Part shown: piece after piece, positions 38,187 through 50,000 of the stretch
How the letters are laid out: every line of letters starts with the position of its first letter
Numbering within the stretch: position 1 is the first letter of the stretch
NCBI GenBank assembly: GCA_963674825.1
Contig: OY771587.1
Location: 224,001-288,000, forward strand
Length of the DNA: 64,000 nucleotides
Direction of reading: 5' to 3'
From: Candidatus Cloacimonadales bacterium
Lineage (GTDB): Bacteria > Cloacimonadota > Cloacimonadia > Cloacimonadales > JAIOQZ01
The notes under the pieces: generated by a model
What the model saw: the letters and a program-made list of their open reading frames with translations, nothing else
Told to the model about the DNA's origin: nothing
Database searches by the model: none
Made by a program: the position numbers and the translations under genes

Positions 38187-38651
38187 CTAATCCTGATAGA
38201 AGAAAGTCAGACCGGTGTAGTAGTCCACGATCAGGATGCGGACGAAATTAGCTGCGTCGTCGTTGTTGAACACTTCGAAGTTTTCGGGGTCGATTTTCCG
38301 ATACTTTCTTCCCTTCTCGATATCTTCCGCTGTGATCCGCTTGAAGGCATAGTAATCACCTTTCCTGAGCTCGATCATGTCCCCTTCAAGGACTTCCCGA
38401 TAACCATCGCCCAGCTCTTCCGGTGCGTCCATCAGCTTCAAATAGCCACCCATCTCTGTCTTTCCGATCAGCTTGCTATTGAAGTAAACCTCTATATCGT
38501 CGAGATTCGGATCATAGTCATTGGCGGCTTTTCCGCTGGTAACTTGTAAATGGAATTCCGGTGCGGGTGAATTGTACATCCAGTTTGCACAGCCTGTGAT
38601 CATTGTGAGAGCGAGAAGGATGATCCCGATTGCGAATATGTTTCTGGTCAT
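38187..38651 (-). CDS. Hypothetical lipoprotein
   Basis: AGGAG RBS; lipobox ITG-C. Confidence 0.7.
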   Translation of the reverse strand: MTRNIFAIGIILLALTMITGCANWMYNSPAPEFHLQVTSGKAANDYDPNLDDIEVYFNSKLIGKTEMGGYLKLMDAPEELGDGYREVLEGDMIELRKGDYYAFKRITAEDIEKGRKYRKIDPENFEVFNNDDAANFVRILIVDYYTGLTFFYQD

Positions 38652-38860
38652 TGATGCGACTCCTGATTTCATTTCGAATATATTGACCGATAAACCTTAT
38701 TGCTGTCAACGAATATTTGAATGTCCGTCTGCTTTATCCGGTTCGATCTCCTCTATATAGCGCACGAAATGAGATTTTGTTACAAGCGGAAGCCGCAATA
38801 AATCTTGACAGATTGGATTTCTTCAGCTTTTCTTTAATCATCACTAATTGGGATGACGAT

Positions 38861-39322
38861 ATGAAGATTTCGAAAAAGACAGACTACGCGCTTCGAGCAC
38901 TTGTCTTTCTGGCGCTTAAGCCGGATAAGCTCTTCTCCATTCGTCATATAGCTGAAGCAAACGATATCCCGAAGCGTTTTCTGGAGCACATCATGCTCGA
39001 TCTCAAAGATGCCGGGTGGGTAAAAGGCATCCCCGGTCGCGACGGTGGTTATCATCTACTCGTCGATCCCGCCAAACTCACCATCGGAAAAGTCGTGAGA
39101 TTTTACGATAGCATGCTCGCACCCATTTCCTGTGTCTCGAGCTGTGAATACGAAAAATGCTCCCAAGAAAAGTCCTGCCATTTCAGACGCTTGTTTCTCG
39201 ACATTCGCAACCACATCGCACAGATGCTGGATCGCGTTACCATACAAGATCTTGCCAGTTTCGATCCCGTGAACGAAGAAGAATTAAAGGAACCGGTGTG
39301 TTCTGACGATAATAGGGTGTAA
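38861..39322 (+). CDS. Rrf2 family transcriptional regulator (CymR/IscR-like)
   Basis: MKISKKTDYALRAL, FLEHI...LK, G..GGY.L, Cys-rich CVSSC....C.....C; heads the sulfate operon. Confidence 0.9.
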   Translation: MKISKKTDYALRALVFLALKPDKLFSIRHIAEANDIPKRFLEHIMLDLKDAGWVKGIPGRDGGYHLLVDPAKLTIGKVVRFYDSMLAPISCVSSCEYEKCSQEKSCHFRRLFLDIRNHIAQMLDRVTIQDLASFDPVNEEELKEPVCSDDNRV

Positions 39323-39377
39323 TTTTTTTTACCAGAAAACATACACCGATAAGATCGTGATTATAAAAGAGGTGGTT

Positions 39378-40448
39378 ATGAGATTTGCCAAATATGCTTT
39401 CTATATTTGCCTGATGGTTACCTTACTGTCATGCAAGGGCACGAGTAATAAACTGGAGCTACTGAATGTCTCCTACGACCCGACAAGAGAATTCTACCAA
39501 GACTACAATCAAGCCTTTTCACAGTATTGGAAAGAGAAAAATGGCCAGGAAGTGACCATCCGGCAATCGCACGGTGGCGCTGGCAAACAAGCTCGCAGTG
39601 TTATCGATGGGCTGCCGGCCGATGTTGTAACCCTCGCGCTTTCCTATGATATCGACGCCATCAGCGAAAAGACAGGGCTTCTCCCCCAAGACTGGCAGAA
39701 ACGACTGCCCAATCGCTCCTGTCCATACACATCAACCGTCGTTTTCCTTGTGCGTCGTGGCAACCCGAAAGGAATAAAGGATTGGGACGATCTGCTCAAG
39801 CCGGACGTGGAAATCATCACGCCGAATCCCAAGACCTCAGGTGGCGCTCGGTGGAACTACCTGGCTGCATGGGGTTACTTCCTTCAGAAGGAACTCGGAG
39901 ACTTCTACAAACTGGGTAATCCATATTATAAAGAGGAGCAGTTCGAAGCCGAGAAGAAGGTTCAAGCCATTATCGCCGAGCTTTACAATCAAGTACCCGT
40001 CCTCGATACCGGTGCAAGAGGTTCCACAACTACATTCATCCAACGCGGAATCGGCGATGTCCTCCTCACCTGGGAAAACGAAGCCTATCTGGCAATCAAC
40101 GAGTTTGAGCCCGATCAATTCGAAATTATCGTCCCGTCGCTCAGCATCCTCGCAGAACCCCCCGTTGCATTGATGGATAAAAACGCAGAAAAACACGGAA
40201 CTACTGAACTCGCCAATGCGTATCTTGAATATCTCTATTCACCAGTAGGGCAACGCCTCGCAGCGAAGCATTATTATCGTCCCTGCCGTCCCGAACACGC
40301 CGATCCGGTCGACAACAGCCGGTTGGGGCATGTTGAAACATTCTCGGTCAACAACGTTTTCGGTGGCTGGAAAAATGCGCAGCAAACCCACTTTGCCGAC
40401 GGTGGAATCTTCGATCAGATCTATCTGAAAGGGAAATCGAAGGAGTAA
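39378..40448 (+). CDS. sbp: Sulfate ABC transporter substrate-binding lipoprotein
   Basis: LLNVSYDPTRE, QSHGG.GKQ, PNPKTSGGARW, WENEA. Confidence 0.95.
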   Translation: MRFAKYAFYICLMVTLLSCKGTSNKLELLNVSYDPTREFYQDYNQAFSQYWKEKNGQEVTIRQSHGGAGKQARSVIDGLPADVVTLALSYDIDAISEKTGLLPQDWQKRLPNRSCPYTSTVVFLVRRGNPKGIKDWDDLLKPDVEIITPNPKTSGGARWNYLAAWGYFLQKELGDFYKLGNPYYKEEQFEAEKKVQAIIAELYNQVPVLDTGARGSTTTFIQRGIGDVLLTWENEAYLAINEFEPDQFEIIVPSLSILAEPPVALMDKNAEKHGTTELANAYLEYLYSPVGQRLAAKHYYRPCRPEHADPVDNSRLGHVETFSVNNVFGGWKNAQQTHFADGGIFDQIYLKGKSKE

Positions 40449-40451
40449 CCT

Positions 40452-41276
40452 GTGAAACGGAAGAACATCCTGCCGGGATTCGGCATCAGCCTCGGGTACA
40501 CACTGTTGTACCTGGGCTTGATCGTCCTGCTCCCACTAACCGCGCTTGCAGTCAACAGCAGCAAGATCGGCTGGGCAGGCTTATGGGACATCCTCACGGA
40601 TGCACGCGTTATCGCATCTTTCAAGCTCACAATCGGAACCGCTTTTACCGCAGCGCTGGTCAATGCGGTCTTTGGGCTGATCATCGCCTGGTTTCTGGTG
40701 CGAATATCCTTCCCGGGTAAACGCATCCTCGACGCCATCATCGACCTCCCCTTCGCCATGCCTACGGCAGTCAGCGGAATCGCACTCACGGCTATCTACG
40801 CGCCAAACGGATGGCTGGGTAAGCCGCTTATCGACGCGGGAATCAAGGTCGCATTCACTCCCATCGGGATCACAATTGCCATGATTTTTATTGGACTGCC
40901 GTTTGTAGTACGAACCGTTCAACCAGCGCTGGAAGAACTCGACCAGGAAGTTGAAGAAGCATCGCTGAGCCTGGGGGCAAGCCGCTGGAAGACATTCTAC
41001 AGAGTGATGATTCCCATGATTCTGCCATCGCTTCTGACTGGCTTTGCTATGGCGCTGGCGCGTTCACTTGGCGAATATGGTTCCGTGGTTTTCATCGCCG
41101 GCAATATGCCCATGAAAACCGAGATCACATCGTTACTGATTATCACACGCCTTGAGCAATATGATTATTCCGGCGCTACGGCGATTGCTCTGGGTATGCT
41201 CGTCATCTCGTTCATCCTGCTTTTCTCGATCAATTTGCTCCAGTTCTGGAGCGCAAGGCGATTGAAGGAGGCATAA
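40452..41276 (+). CDS. cysT: Sulfate ABC transporter permease CysT
   Basis: LPGFG, DLPFAMPTAV.G, EEAS.SLGA, GEYGSV.FIAGN.P. Confidence 0.95.
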   Translation: MKRKNILPGFGISLGYTLLYLGLIVLLPLTALAVNSSKIGWAGLWDILTDARVIASFKLTIGTAFTAALVNAVFGLIIAWFLVRISFPGKRILDAIIDLPFAMPTAVSGIALTAIYAPNGWLGKPLIDAGIKVAFTPIGITIAMIFIGLPFVVRTVQPALEELDQEVEEASLSLGASRWKTFYRVMIPMILPSLLTGFAMALARSLGEYGSVVFIAGNMPMKTEITSLLIITRLEQYDYSGATAIALGMLVISFILLFSINLLQFWSARRLKEA

Positions 41277-41277
41277 G

Positions 41278-42117
41278 GTGAATCATGTAACCGTCCGTAC
41301 CGGCATCCAGACTTCGCGTTTCGTGAATATCGTTATTATTCTGCTCGCATTGGGATTTCTGGGAGCCTTCCTGATTCTGCCGCTTATTGTCGTTTTTGGC
41401 GAAGCTTTCAGGCAGGGTATTGTTGTATGGCTCAAAAGCGTTACCGATCGCGATGCCCTCTCCGCCATCCGAATGACGCTGCTTGTCGCCGGTATATCGT
41501 TGCCCCTGAATATCCTCTTCGGGCTCGCAGCCGCATGGTCGCTTTCCAAGTTCAGGTTCAAGGGTCGCAACCTCATCATCACGCTCATCGACCTGCCTTT
41601 CGCCGTATCGCCGGTAATCTCCGGTCTCATTTTCGTTCTGCTGTTCTGTGCACGTGGCTGGCTCGGTCCGTACCTTATCGAGCATGACATACACATCATC
41701 TTCGCTGTACCGGGCATCATCATCGCAACGCTGTTTGTCACGTTCCCCTACATCGCACGTGAGCTGATCCCGCTGATGACCGAGCAGGGAAACGAAGAAG
41801 AACAGGCTGCGCTAACCCTTGGCTCCAGCGGCTGGAAGACATTCTGGCGCATCACGCTGCCAAATATTAAGTGGGGCCTGATTTACGGCATCATCCTGAG
41901 CAATGCACGGGCAATGGGCGAATTCGGTGCCGTTTCCATCGTCTCGGGGCACATTCGCGGCGAGACCAATACACTACCGCTTCACACAGAAATCTTATAC
42001 AACGAATACCAGTTCACTTCAGCGTTCGCAGTCGCCTCTCTTCTGGCACTGCTGGCCCTGGTGACGATCGTCTTCAAATCTTCCATCGAATGGAAAATGA
42101 AGGAGAAGCAAGCATGA
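41278..42117 (+). CDS. cysW: Sulfate ABC transporter permease CysW
   Basis: [43 protein letters not shown]. Confidence 0.95.
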   Translation: MNHVTVRTGIQTSRFVNIVIILLALGFLGAFLILPLIVVFGEAFRQGIVVWLKSVTDRDALSAIRMTLLVAGISLPLNILFGLAAAWSLSKFRFKGRNLIITLIDLPFAVSPVISGLIFVLLFCARGWLGPYLIEHDIHIIFAVPGIIIATLFVTFPYIARELIPLMTEQGNEEEQAALTLGSSGWKTFWRITLPNIKWGLIYGIILSNARAMGEFGAVSIVSGHIRGETNTLPLHTEILYNEYQFTSAFAVASLLALLALVTIVFKSSIEWKMKEKQA

Positions 42118-43154
42118 GCATCACGCTGAGCAATATAACCAAAACCTTCGACCGCTTCCAAGCGCTCAAGGACATCTCCATCACCTTTAAAAATGGTGAA
42201 CTCACTGCCCTGCTCGGGCCTTCAGGATCGGGCAAGACCACCCTTCTGCGACTCGTTGCCGGGCTCGAACTGCCGGATGATAATCCCGAATCGCACATAC
42301 TCTTTCATGGTGCGGATGTCTTAGGAAAGCCGGCAAGCCAGCGACAGGTAGGCTTCGTTTTCCAGCACTATGCACTCTTTCGTCACATGACCGTTTTCGA
42401 GAATATAGCCTTCGGTCTGCGCGTGATGAAGCGCTCCGAACGGCCATCCAAGGCTGAGATCAAAGACCGGGTGAATGAGCTCCTGAAGATGATCCAGCTC
42501 GAATCGATGGCGAGAAGAATGCCCTCGCAGCTCTCCGGTGGGCAGCGTCAACGTGTCGCGCTCGCAAGAGCGCTGGCGATCCAGCCACAGGTTCTTCTGC
42601 TGGACGAACCCTTTGGCGCGCTGGACGCGAAAGTCCGCGCTGAATTGCGTCGTTGGCTGCGTGAACTGCATGACAAGTTGCACGTCACCAGCATTTTCGT
42701 TACGCACGATCAGGAAGAAGCACTGGAGGTTTCCGACCGCATCGTTGTGATGAACCAGGGTATGATCGAGCAAGTTGGTTCGCCAGACGATGTCTTCCAT
42801 CACCCTGCCAGCGAGTTTGTGCTGAAGTTTCTGGGCGACGTCAATGTCTTCCATGGCCGATTCGATGAATCGCAGACGATCTTCCATGGCCATTCGGAGG
42901 AGAAATCGTCCCGTATGCTGGTGCGATCTTACGAGATCGAAGTACTGCTCAATCCGCATGGTATCCGCGACGTACTGCCCGTGCAGACGCAACGGGTGCT
43001 GACCGCCGGCTCGATGGTCAAGCTGGAGTTCACCGACGCCATGCATCAGATTATCCAGGTTCACCTCTCGCATGCCGATTACACCCGCACGCCGCTTGAA
43101 CCCGGTATGAAGGCTTACCTCAGGCCCGTTCGGAGCATGCCGTACTCGATATAG
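42114..43154 (+). CDS. cysA: Sulfate ABC transporter ATP-binding protein CysA
   Basis: [47 protein letters not shown]-type coupling. Confidence 0.95.
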   Translation: MSITLSNITKTFDRFQALKDISITFKNGELTALLGPSGSGKTTLLRLVAGLELPDDNPESHILFHGADVLGKPASQRQVGFVFQHYALFRHMTVFENIAFGLRVMKRSERPSKAEIKDRVNELLKMIQLESMARRMPSQLSGGQRQRVALARALAIQPQVLLLDEPFGALDAKVRAELRRWLRELHDKLHVTSIFVTHDQEEALEVSDRIVVMNQGMIEQVGSPDDVFHHPASEFVLKFLGDVNVFHGRFDESQTIFHGHSEEKSSRMLVRSYEIEVLLNPHGIRDVLPVQTQRVLTAGSMVKLEFTDAMHQIIQVHLSHADYTRTPLEPGMKAYLRPVRSMPYSI

Positions 43155-43263
43155 TCAGAGGATTCGGTAGTATTGAAATGCAAATAGAGTCCACAATTTC
43201 TTTTCATTGACAAACAATCGCACCGGTTTTTTCTATCCGAAAAATCGCTATGAAAGGTTACCC

Positions 43264-44058
43264 ATGAAAGAATTTGACGAACTGAGAGAAGTTGTGGCTC
43301 GGCTGCGCGACCCCGAAAAAGGTTGCCCGTGGGACTTGAAGCAGACATCCCGCTCCCTTGTGCCAAACTTCATCGAAGAGCTATATGAAGCAATCGAAGC
43401 CATTGAACACGACGATCAACCTCATCTTGCCGAAGAACTCGGCGATATCATGTTGCATGTCGTGATGCAAATCCGCATTGCGGAAGAACAAGGTTTTTTC
43501 ACAGCTGCGGATGTTCTCAAGCGAATCTGCGAAAAGCTGATCCGTCGTCATCCGCATATCTTTGGAGATACGACCGAGACCGATGCAGACACGGTTAAGA
43601 TGAATTGGGAAAGGCTCAAGCGGCGCGAGAAGGAGAAAAAGGATCGCTCCGCCATCGACGGAATCCCGCACAGCATGCCTGGACTGATCGTCGCGCAGCG
43701 TATGCAGGAAAAAGCGGCGTCTGTAGGATTCGATTGGGGAAAACCACAGCCTGTGTTCGATAAGATGCGCGAGGAATTCGCTGAGTTCGAAGAGGCTTGG
43801 GAAACCGAGCCACAGGAGCGCATCGAAGAAGAGATCGGGGATATCCTGTTCACCGTGGTGAACCTTGCCCGTAAGCTTCACATCGATAGCGAAGCCGCGC
43901 TACGCGGTTCGATCCGTAAGTTCGATACCCGTTTCCGGCAGGTGGAAAAAGAATTCGCCAATGCCGGGCTTGACATGCATGAGCAAACACTTGAGCAACT
44001 TGATGAAGTTTGGGATGCAGTCAAACGAAAGCAAAAAGAAGCCATTGAGCAGGAGTAG
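43264..44058 (+). CDS. mazG: Nucleoside triphosphate pyrophosphohydrolase MazG
   Basis: LRDP..GCPWD..QT, EELGD, RRHPH.F, GFDW, EE.GD.LF. Confidence 0.95.
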   Translation: MKEFDELREVVARLRDPEKGCPWDLKQTSRSLVPNFIEELYEAIEAIEHDDQPHLAEELGDIMLHVVMQIRIAEEQGFFTAADVLKRICEKLIRRHPHIFGDTTETDADTVKMNWERLKRREKEKKDRSAIDGIPHSMPGLIVAQRMQEKAASVGFDWGKPQPVFDKMREEFAEFEEAWETEPQERIEEEIGDILFTVVNLARKLHIDSEAALRGSIRKFDTRFRQVEKEFANAGLDMHEQTLEQLDEVWDAVKRKQKEAIEQE

Positions 44059-44062
44059 TTAA

Positions 44063-45358
44063 ATGAAGTTCGGGAAGATACTAAAGGGAAGTGATCGAAA
44101 CCTGCTGTTGAAACTCTATTTCATCTTCGGCAGTGCATTGATCATGATCTTCTTCGTGATCTATTCAAACACCCTGATTTATCACGCCCGTAAGGACGCG
44201 CATATCGTCCCGAATCTTTTCGCACGTTATTTTACTCTGCTGACGGATAACGACTGGGAAAGCGAGATATGGAAAGATCGCCTCGTTGAATACATTCAGG
44301 AGCATATCTTCCAGAATATAGATTACACGATTATCGTCACCGACAATAGAAACCAACCCATCGCCTGGAAAAACATCGATGTCGATATCCTGCCGTTCGA
44401 GTACTTGAACGAAGAACAGCAATCCATCCTTCGTGAAGAGCTCCATAAAATGCACAGCGCGAATAAAATTCTCCTGCAATACACCGCGACCGACAGCCTT
44501 TACGCCGAACCGCTTGGAGAAGCGTTGCCCGACAGTATGCACGCTCCGAATGTATTCGGATACGTATATTACAGCGAGCCTTTCAGCATGAAGCAATTGC
44601 GCTATATGCCGATCTTTGAGATGGCGCTGGTTCTGGTTTTTGTTATCTTCGGTCTTCACGGCGTTTTCCTGGTCAAAAAGCGCGAGAAGGACAAGCTCTG
44701 GATTGGCCTCGCCAAGGAAACCGCGCATCAGTTCGGAACGCCGATATCATCGATGCTTGCCTGGCTCGACCTCTTGAAGATGCGCATCGAGAGCAACTGT
44801 CAGGATGTCGGCATGGCTGATATGATCGATCACATGAAGGCGGATGTATCACACCTCCAGAAAGTTGCGAATCGCTTTGGAAAGGTCGGCTCCGTGGTGA
44901 AGCTGAAACCCAGCAACATCCACGAAATCCTAGAAGAAACCATCGCTTATTTCAATACGCGATTGCCCAATCTCGATAACGAAATCGAGATCCATCTGAT
45001 CAGTAAAATCGAGGATAAGGTCATCAATATCGATCCGGACCTTATCCGCTGGACAATCGAAAATCTGGTAAAGAACAGCATCGATGCCATGAAAAACAAA
45101 GGCGGTAACATCATTCTCACAGCCGCCTGCAAGAATAGTAACACCTACATCCAGGTGCGCGATGAAGGAACCGGCATCCCGAAATCGCAGTTCTCCAAAG
45201 TATTCGAGCCGGGAATCACTTCGAAAGCACGCGGTTGGGGGCTCGGCTTGAGTCTGGCCAAGCGTATAATCGAAGATTACCACAAAGGCCGTATCAAAGT
45301 GCTCGAAAGCACCATCGGAGAAGGTACGACCATCGAAATTATGCTTCCCGAAAAATAA
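44063..45358 (+). CDS. Membrane sensor histidine kinase
   Basis: Two TM helices; ETAHQFGTP H-box, NLVKN, DEGTGI, GWGLGL. Confidence 0.93.
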   Translation: MKFGKILKGSDRNLLLKLYFIFGSALIMIFFVIYSNTLIYHARKDAHIVPNLFARYFTLLTDNDWESEIWKDRLVEYIQEHIFQNIDYTIIVTDNRNQPIAWKNIDVDILPFEYLNEEQQSILREELHKMHSANKILLQYTATDSLYAEPLGEALPDSMHAPNVFGYVYYSEPFSMKQLRYMPIFEMALVLVFVIFGLHGVFLVKKREKDKLWIGLAKETAHQFGTPISSMLAWLDLLKMRIESNCQDVGMADMIDHMKADVSHLQKVANRFGKVGSVVKLKPSNIHEILEETIAYFNTRLPNLDNEIEIHLISKIEDKVINIDPDLIRWTIENLVKNSIDAMKNKGGNIILTAACKNSNTYIQVRDEGTGIPKSQFSKVFEPGITSKARGWGLGLSLAKRIIEDYHKGRIKVLESTIGEGTTIEIMLPEK

Positions 45359-45370
45359 GGAGTATCCACT

Positions 45371-46876
45371 ATGTTTATCCTATCCCGTGAAGAGATGCAA
45401 GAGCTCGATCGCCACACAATGGAAGATTTCGGCATTCCCAGTTCTGTGCTGATGGAAAACGCAGGCAAGAGCTGCGCAGAGAAGATTATCGAGGATATCG
45501 AGGATGACGAACCCTTCTTCGGTATCTTTTGCGGACACGGCAACAACGGCGGCGACGGCTTTGTTATCGCCCGTTGGCTGGACAGTGCCGGCTATAGCGT
45601 CGGAATCGTATTCGTCGGCGATGAAGAAAAAATGACGCCCGAAACCCGCACCAACTACGAACTCTGCCGCAAGCTGGATATTCCCTTCTTCGAATTCGAC
45701 AAGGAGAACCTGCCCGACTTCGATATGATCATCGACGCGATCTTCGGAATCGGTTTCCATGGCGAGATGCGCGAAGAATACCAGAAAGTCATCCACTGGA
45801 TCAACGAGAGCCCGGCAGAAGTCTATGCTATCGATATTCCTTCCGGACTCGACGCCAATACCGGCGAAGGCGATTGGGCGATTGTCGCGGACGAAACCAT
45901 GACCATGGCCGCTCCCAAATACGGGCATTTCCTGTGCGACGGTGGAGCCTGTACCGGCGAACTGACCGTCATTGATATCGGAATCCCGCCACAGTTCTTT
46001 TATGAGCTGCGACCGCGAGCGAGCATCAATGAACTGCCGCCACTCCCCATCCGCACCGATTTCTCACACAAAGGCGTCTTTGGCCGCGTATCCATTTTCG
46101 CAGGTTCGCCCGGATTTTCCGGTGCGGCGGTACTGGCTTCCAGAGCAGCGCTTCGCAGCGGAGCCGGGATCATCAAGCTTTATCATACACCAGGAATGGA
46201 TACTATTTACGAGACCAAACTGACCGAAGTCATGACACATCCTATTCCCTACCTCGAATCCGGCGCACTCGACCGCGATCGGCTCATTACCGAGCACGAG
46301 AAGACCGACGCCATTCTCATAGGACCCGGCCTTGGAACCGGCGATAAAGCGATGGAGCTCATGGAATTCGTCCTCAACGGCAGTATCCCGACCGTTATCG
46401 ACGCCGATGGTATCAACTGCATTGCGCAAAACGAGACACTCCAGGAGCTTCTCAAGGAACACCCCGATGTGTTGCTCACTCCGCACATGGGTGAATTCGC
46501 ACGTCTGATGGATGTCGATCTGAGCGAAGTCGAGACCAACGTGATCGGCTTACTGATGAAATTCCATGCCGAATTCGGTTGCCCCATCCTGCTCAAAAGC
46601 AATGTCAGTGTATTCTTCGACGGCGAGCTTTTCACCTTCAATATCAATGGCAACAATGGCCTCGCGACCGGCGGTAGCGGCGATGTTCTCGCGGGAATCA
46701 TCACCTCGTTCGTCGCACAGGGACATACTTGCGACATGGCTGCTGTAGCTGGAAGCTGGTTGATGGGGTTCACCGCCGACAGCCTCGCGCTCAAACGCGG
46801 CACGGCATCCATCATTCCATCCGATATCATCGATCACCTGTTCGATTACGACTACCTCGCGCCACAAATCGACTGA
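45371..46876 (+). CDS. nnr: Bifunctional NAD(P)H-hydrate epimerase/dehydratase
   Basis: LMENAG, GNNGGDG, DIPSG, HKG.FG, DADG, TPH.GE, GGSGDVLAG. Confidence 0.95.
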   Translation: MFILSREEMQELDRHTMEDFGIPSSVLMENAGKSCAEKIIEDIEDDEPFFGIFCGHGNNGGDGFVIARWLDSAGYSVGIVFVGDEEKMTPETRTNYELCRKLDIPFFEFDKENLPDFDMIIDAIFGIGFHGEMREEYQKVIHWINESPAEVYAIDIPSGLDANTGEGDWAIVADETMTMAAPKYGHFLCDGGACTGELTVIDIGIPPQFFYELRPRASINELPPLPIRTDFSHKGVFGRVSIFAGSPGFSGAAVLASRAALRSGAGIIKLYHTPGMDTIYETKLTEVMTHPIPYLESGALDRDRLITEHEKTDAILIGPGLGTGDKAMELMEFVLNGSIPTVIDADGINCIAQNETLQELLKEHPDVLLTPHMGEFARLMDVDLSEVETNVIGLLMKFHAEFGCPILLKSNVSVFFDGELFTFNINGNNGLATGGSGDVLAGIITSFVAQGHTCDMAAVAGSWLMGFTADSLALKRGTASIIPSDIIDHLFDYDYLAPQID

Positions 46877-46893
46877 TTATAGAGCTTTGTTAC

Positions 46894-46930
46894 GATCTCC
46901 GGGTAGCAATTTATTGCTCGCCCGGAGATC
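46894..46930. terminator. Strong hairpin after nnr (terminator or REP-like)
   Basis: gatctccggg-tagcaatttattgctcg-cccggagatc. Confidence 0.5.
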
Positions 46931-47041
46931 AATCCTTACTACCACTTGTCTCTATCCGTTTCCCTCCCGATTCTCCTTGACAATCCTGAACCATTTATGT
47001 CTTTCTATTAACTGGTAAAAAACATTGTATAAACGGACATT

Positions 47042-50000
47042 ATGGGCATGAACGACCACGACATGAAAACGCGACGCAAACCGGCCAACGCCACCAGAGT
47101 GAGGGCTTATTCCTTTGGTGAAGCGGAAGTTGAACGTCCGGAGATCGAAGCAGGCGAGCTACTTGACGACCGTTATCAGATCGTCCGGAAAGTCGGCGAA
47201 GGCTCTTATGGCGCTGTGTATCAGGTGTTCGATCGCAAGATGGACATCCCAAAAGCGCTCAAAGTTTTCGGTCGTCGAGAAGAAAGCCTGCACATCATAC
47301 CCGATCTGCGTGACGAAGCTCGTACCATGGCAAGGATCAACCATCCAAACATCGTTCGTATCTACGATCTTCATGAAGACGGCGATTTCATCTACCTCGA
47401 TATGGAGTACGCCAACGGTGGTAACCTGGACAAGAATCTCGACAGCATACGCAAGAACAGCAAGATCATCCGCAAGACTGCGTTGCAGATCGCAGAAGGA
47501 TTGAAAGAAGCGCACGATCAGGGCATCGTTCACATGGATGTCAAGCCGTCCAACCTGCTGCTGGACAGCGCGCGCAATATCAAGATCGCCGATTTCGGAA
47601 TCGCCGGGCAACTTGGGCTTAAGCTCACAACCACTGCCGGCACCCCGGCCTATATGGCACCTGAGCACATCGAAGGCAATCCCGCCGACAAGCGTTCGGA
47701 TATCTTTTCCTTTGGCGTAGTACTCTACGAGCTGGTTTACGGCCATTACCCCTTCAAGCTGGATGAGAGCGACAACTATATCTACGATGTTCCCCGGCAT
47801 CTCCTTGCCGAGTCCTCCGACCTCAATCGTATCATTCTGAGGTGTATCGCGGCCAATCCAGAGCATCGCTACAACGACTTTTCGAACATCATCAGAGACT
47901 TGAATGAATCGAAAGAACTGCCAACAAAAGAAGAAGACAAACGCGGTTTTCGTGCCATATTCATGCGGCAGATGCGCGACATTGGTAGCGATCTGCGCAA
48001 AGAAACCCGCAACCTGATGATCCTGCTGATCCTGCTTCTCTTGATTATACCCTTTTACCTTCGCATTATCCGACGCCTGACCGAAGAGCAGAATCCCGCA
48101 CACATCGATGGTCCGCCCATGAGTACATCGGTCAATTTCCAACCGGATTCCAAGCTATCACCGGATCAACTGGAGCCGGGAGACCTCGTACAGCTTCGCG
48201 ACCTGCGCAAAGGTGGAGAGCCGGCCTTCGAATTCATCTACAACGGCGAAGATCCTCTCGACATCCGTTTCGAAGAAAATCGGATTTATTTAAGCGACAG
48301 GCTTGCCGGCATTCACGTACGAGACCGTAGCGACCTGCCGCTACCACCGAATCTCGATTTCGTACGCAGCGATATCGAACTAACGCAGAACGATCTATGG
48401 AACCAGCGCAATCCAAATCTGGCAGTTCACCTCGGCGAGATGGTCTCACCGCGAACCATCGAGAATCTCCCGTCCAATACACGCTTCCTGGATCTGTGGA
48501 AAAACAAGCGTATCTCCGATCTACACAGCCTTGACCATCTTGAAAATCTTGAAGGGCTCGACCTGCAAGGTGTAAGGGATTTCTATCCCGAAGGCTTGAA
48601 ACAACACGAGCGAATGAAGTGGCTAAACCTCGCAGATACTGGCCTGGAATCAGATGAATCGCTCCGAAGCCTGCAAGCATTAGAGCATCTGGATATCTCG
48701 AGAAATCGCCTGCAAAATCTCGCGACGCTCTATCGGCTTAAAGCGCTGCAGTCGGTTAAAAACGAGAGCAATTCGCAACTTCCCGAACTGGACCGCGCCT
48801 GGTTAGACGAGAAGAACCACAGCTATTACGCAGATAGAAATCAGGAACAATCCACAAAACGACAGATCCTCTGGCAGCGATCCAATGTCATGGATAAAAT
48901 CGTTTTTGGCCTTGCACTGATCGTGCTTCTGCTGGTCATATATCAGCTTTTCCGCTTACTCAGGCAAAATATTCCAACCATGATAGCAAAGAATCAGAAG
49001 AAGAAAGAAGAAGCTGTCCTGCCGCCAGAATTTCACGATCGTGTCAAGAAAGCCGACGATCAGGAGAGTGAGAATAAACTTTGGACACCAGCAGAAGACA
49101 ACGCGCTCCGTACTCTGCATGAGCTCTCCGTGGAATATCCGAACGAAAAGGTGCTTGAGAAGCGCAAAACGCAGATCCTGCGCAATGCTGAACGTAAGAT
49201 CCGGCAATATATGTCACGCGATGAATACGAACCGGCGTTCCTCACCCTTCAGCAGGTAACGGCCATCACCACCAATAACACCCTGAAAAGGTACCGCCAT
49301 CGCTGCCTCACCAACCTGGTACACGACGAACCGGTAAAGATGATCGATATCCCCGGCGGCAGCTTCACGATAGGTGACTTCGAAAGCGAATCGCTCTCCA
49401 CCGCCATCCCGTTGCATGAAGTGAATCTATCCAGCTATAGCCTCAGTGAGACCAACGTAACGAACAAGCAGTACTGCGAGTTTCTCAACGCCATGGGCAA
49501 GCATTCCGAACCTCTTTATGACTGGATCAACCTCAGCAGTCCCTACTGCCGCATCAAGAAAACCGAACGCGGCAAATACGAGCCGATCGAGCCCTATAGC
49601 TCCTTCCCTGTAATAGAAGTGAGTTGGTATGGAGCTAAGCGTTATTGTGAGTGGTTTGGCGGAAGGCTCCCTTCAGAAGCGGAATGGGAGTTTGCAGCTC
49701 GGAATCGAGGCAAGAAGATTCTCTTCTCGCAGGGAAACACTGCTGATCGCGCTAAGATGAATTTCCTGGTGGATAAAAACGACAACCTATGGCACTCTGT
49801 TTTCCCGGTTAAATCGCTGCCAGCCAACGCACTGGGGCTCTACGAAATGTCCGGCAACCTGTTGGAGTGGTGCCAGGATTTCTTCGACGCGAATTACTAT
49901 CAGGATTTGGAATCAGAAAACCCGCGAGGCCCGGAAAAAGGCAGCTTGAAATCGGTGCGTGGCGGTGCATGGTGCTTCCCATCAAAAAACATGAAAACCT

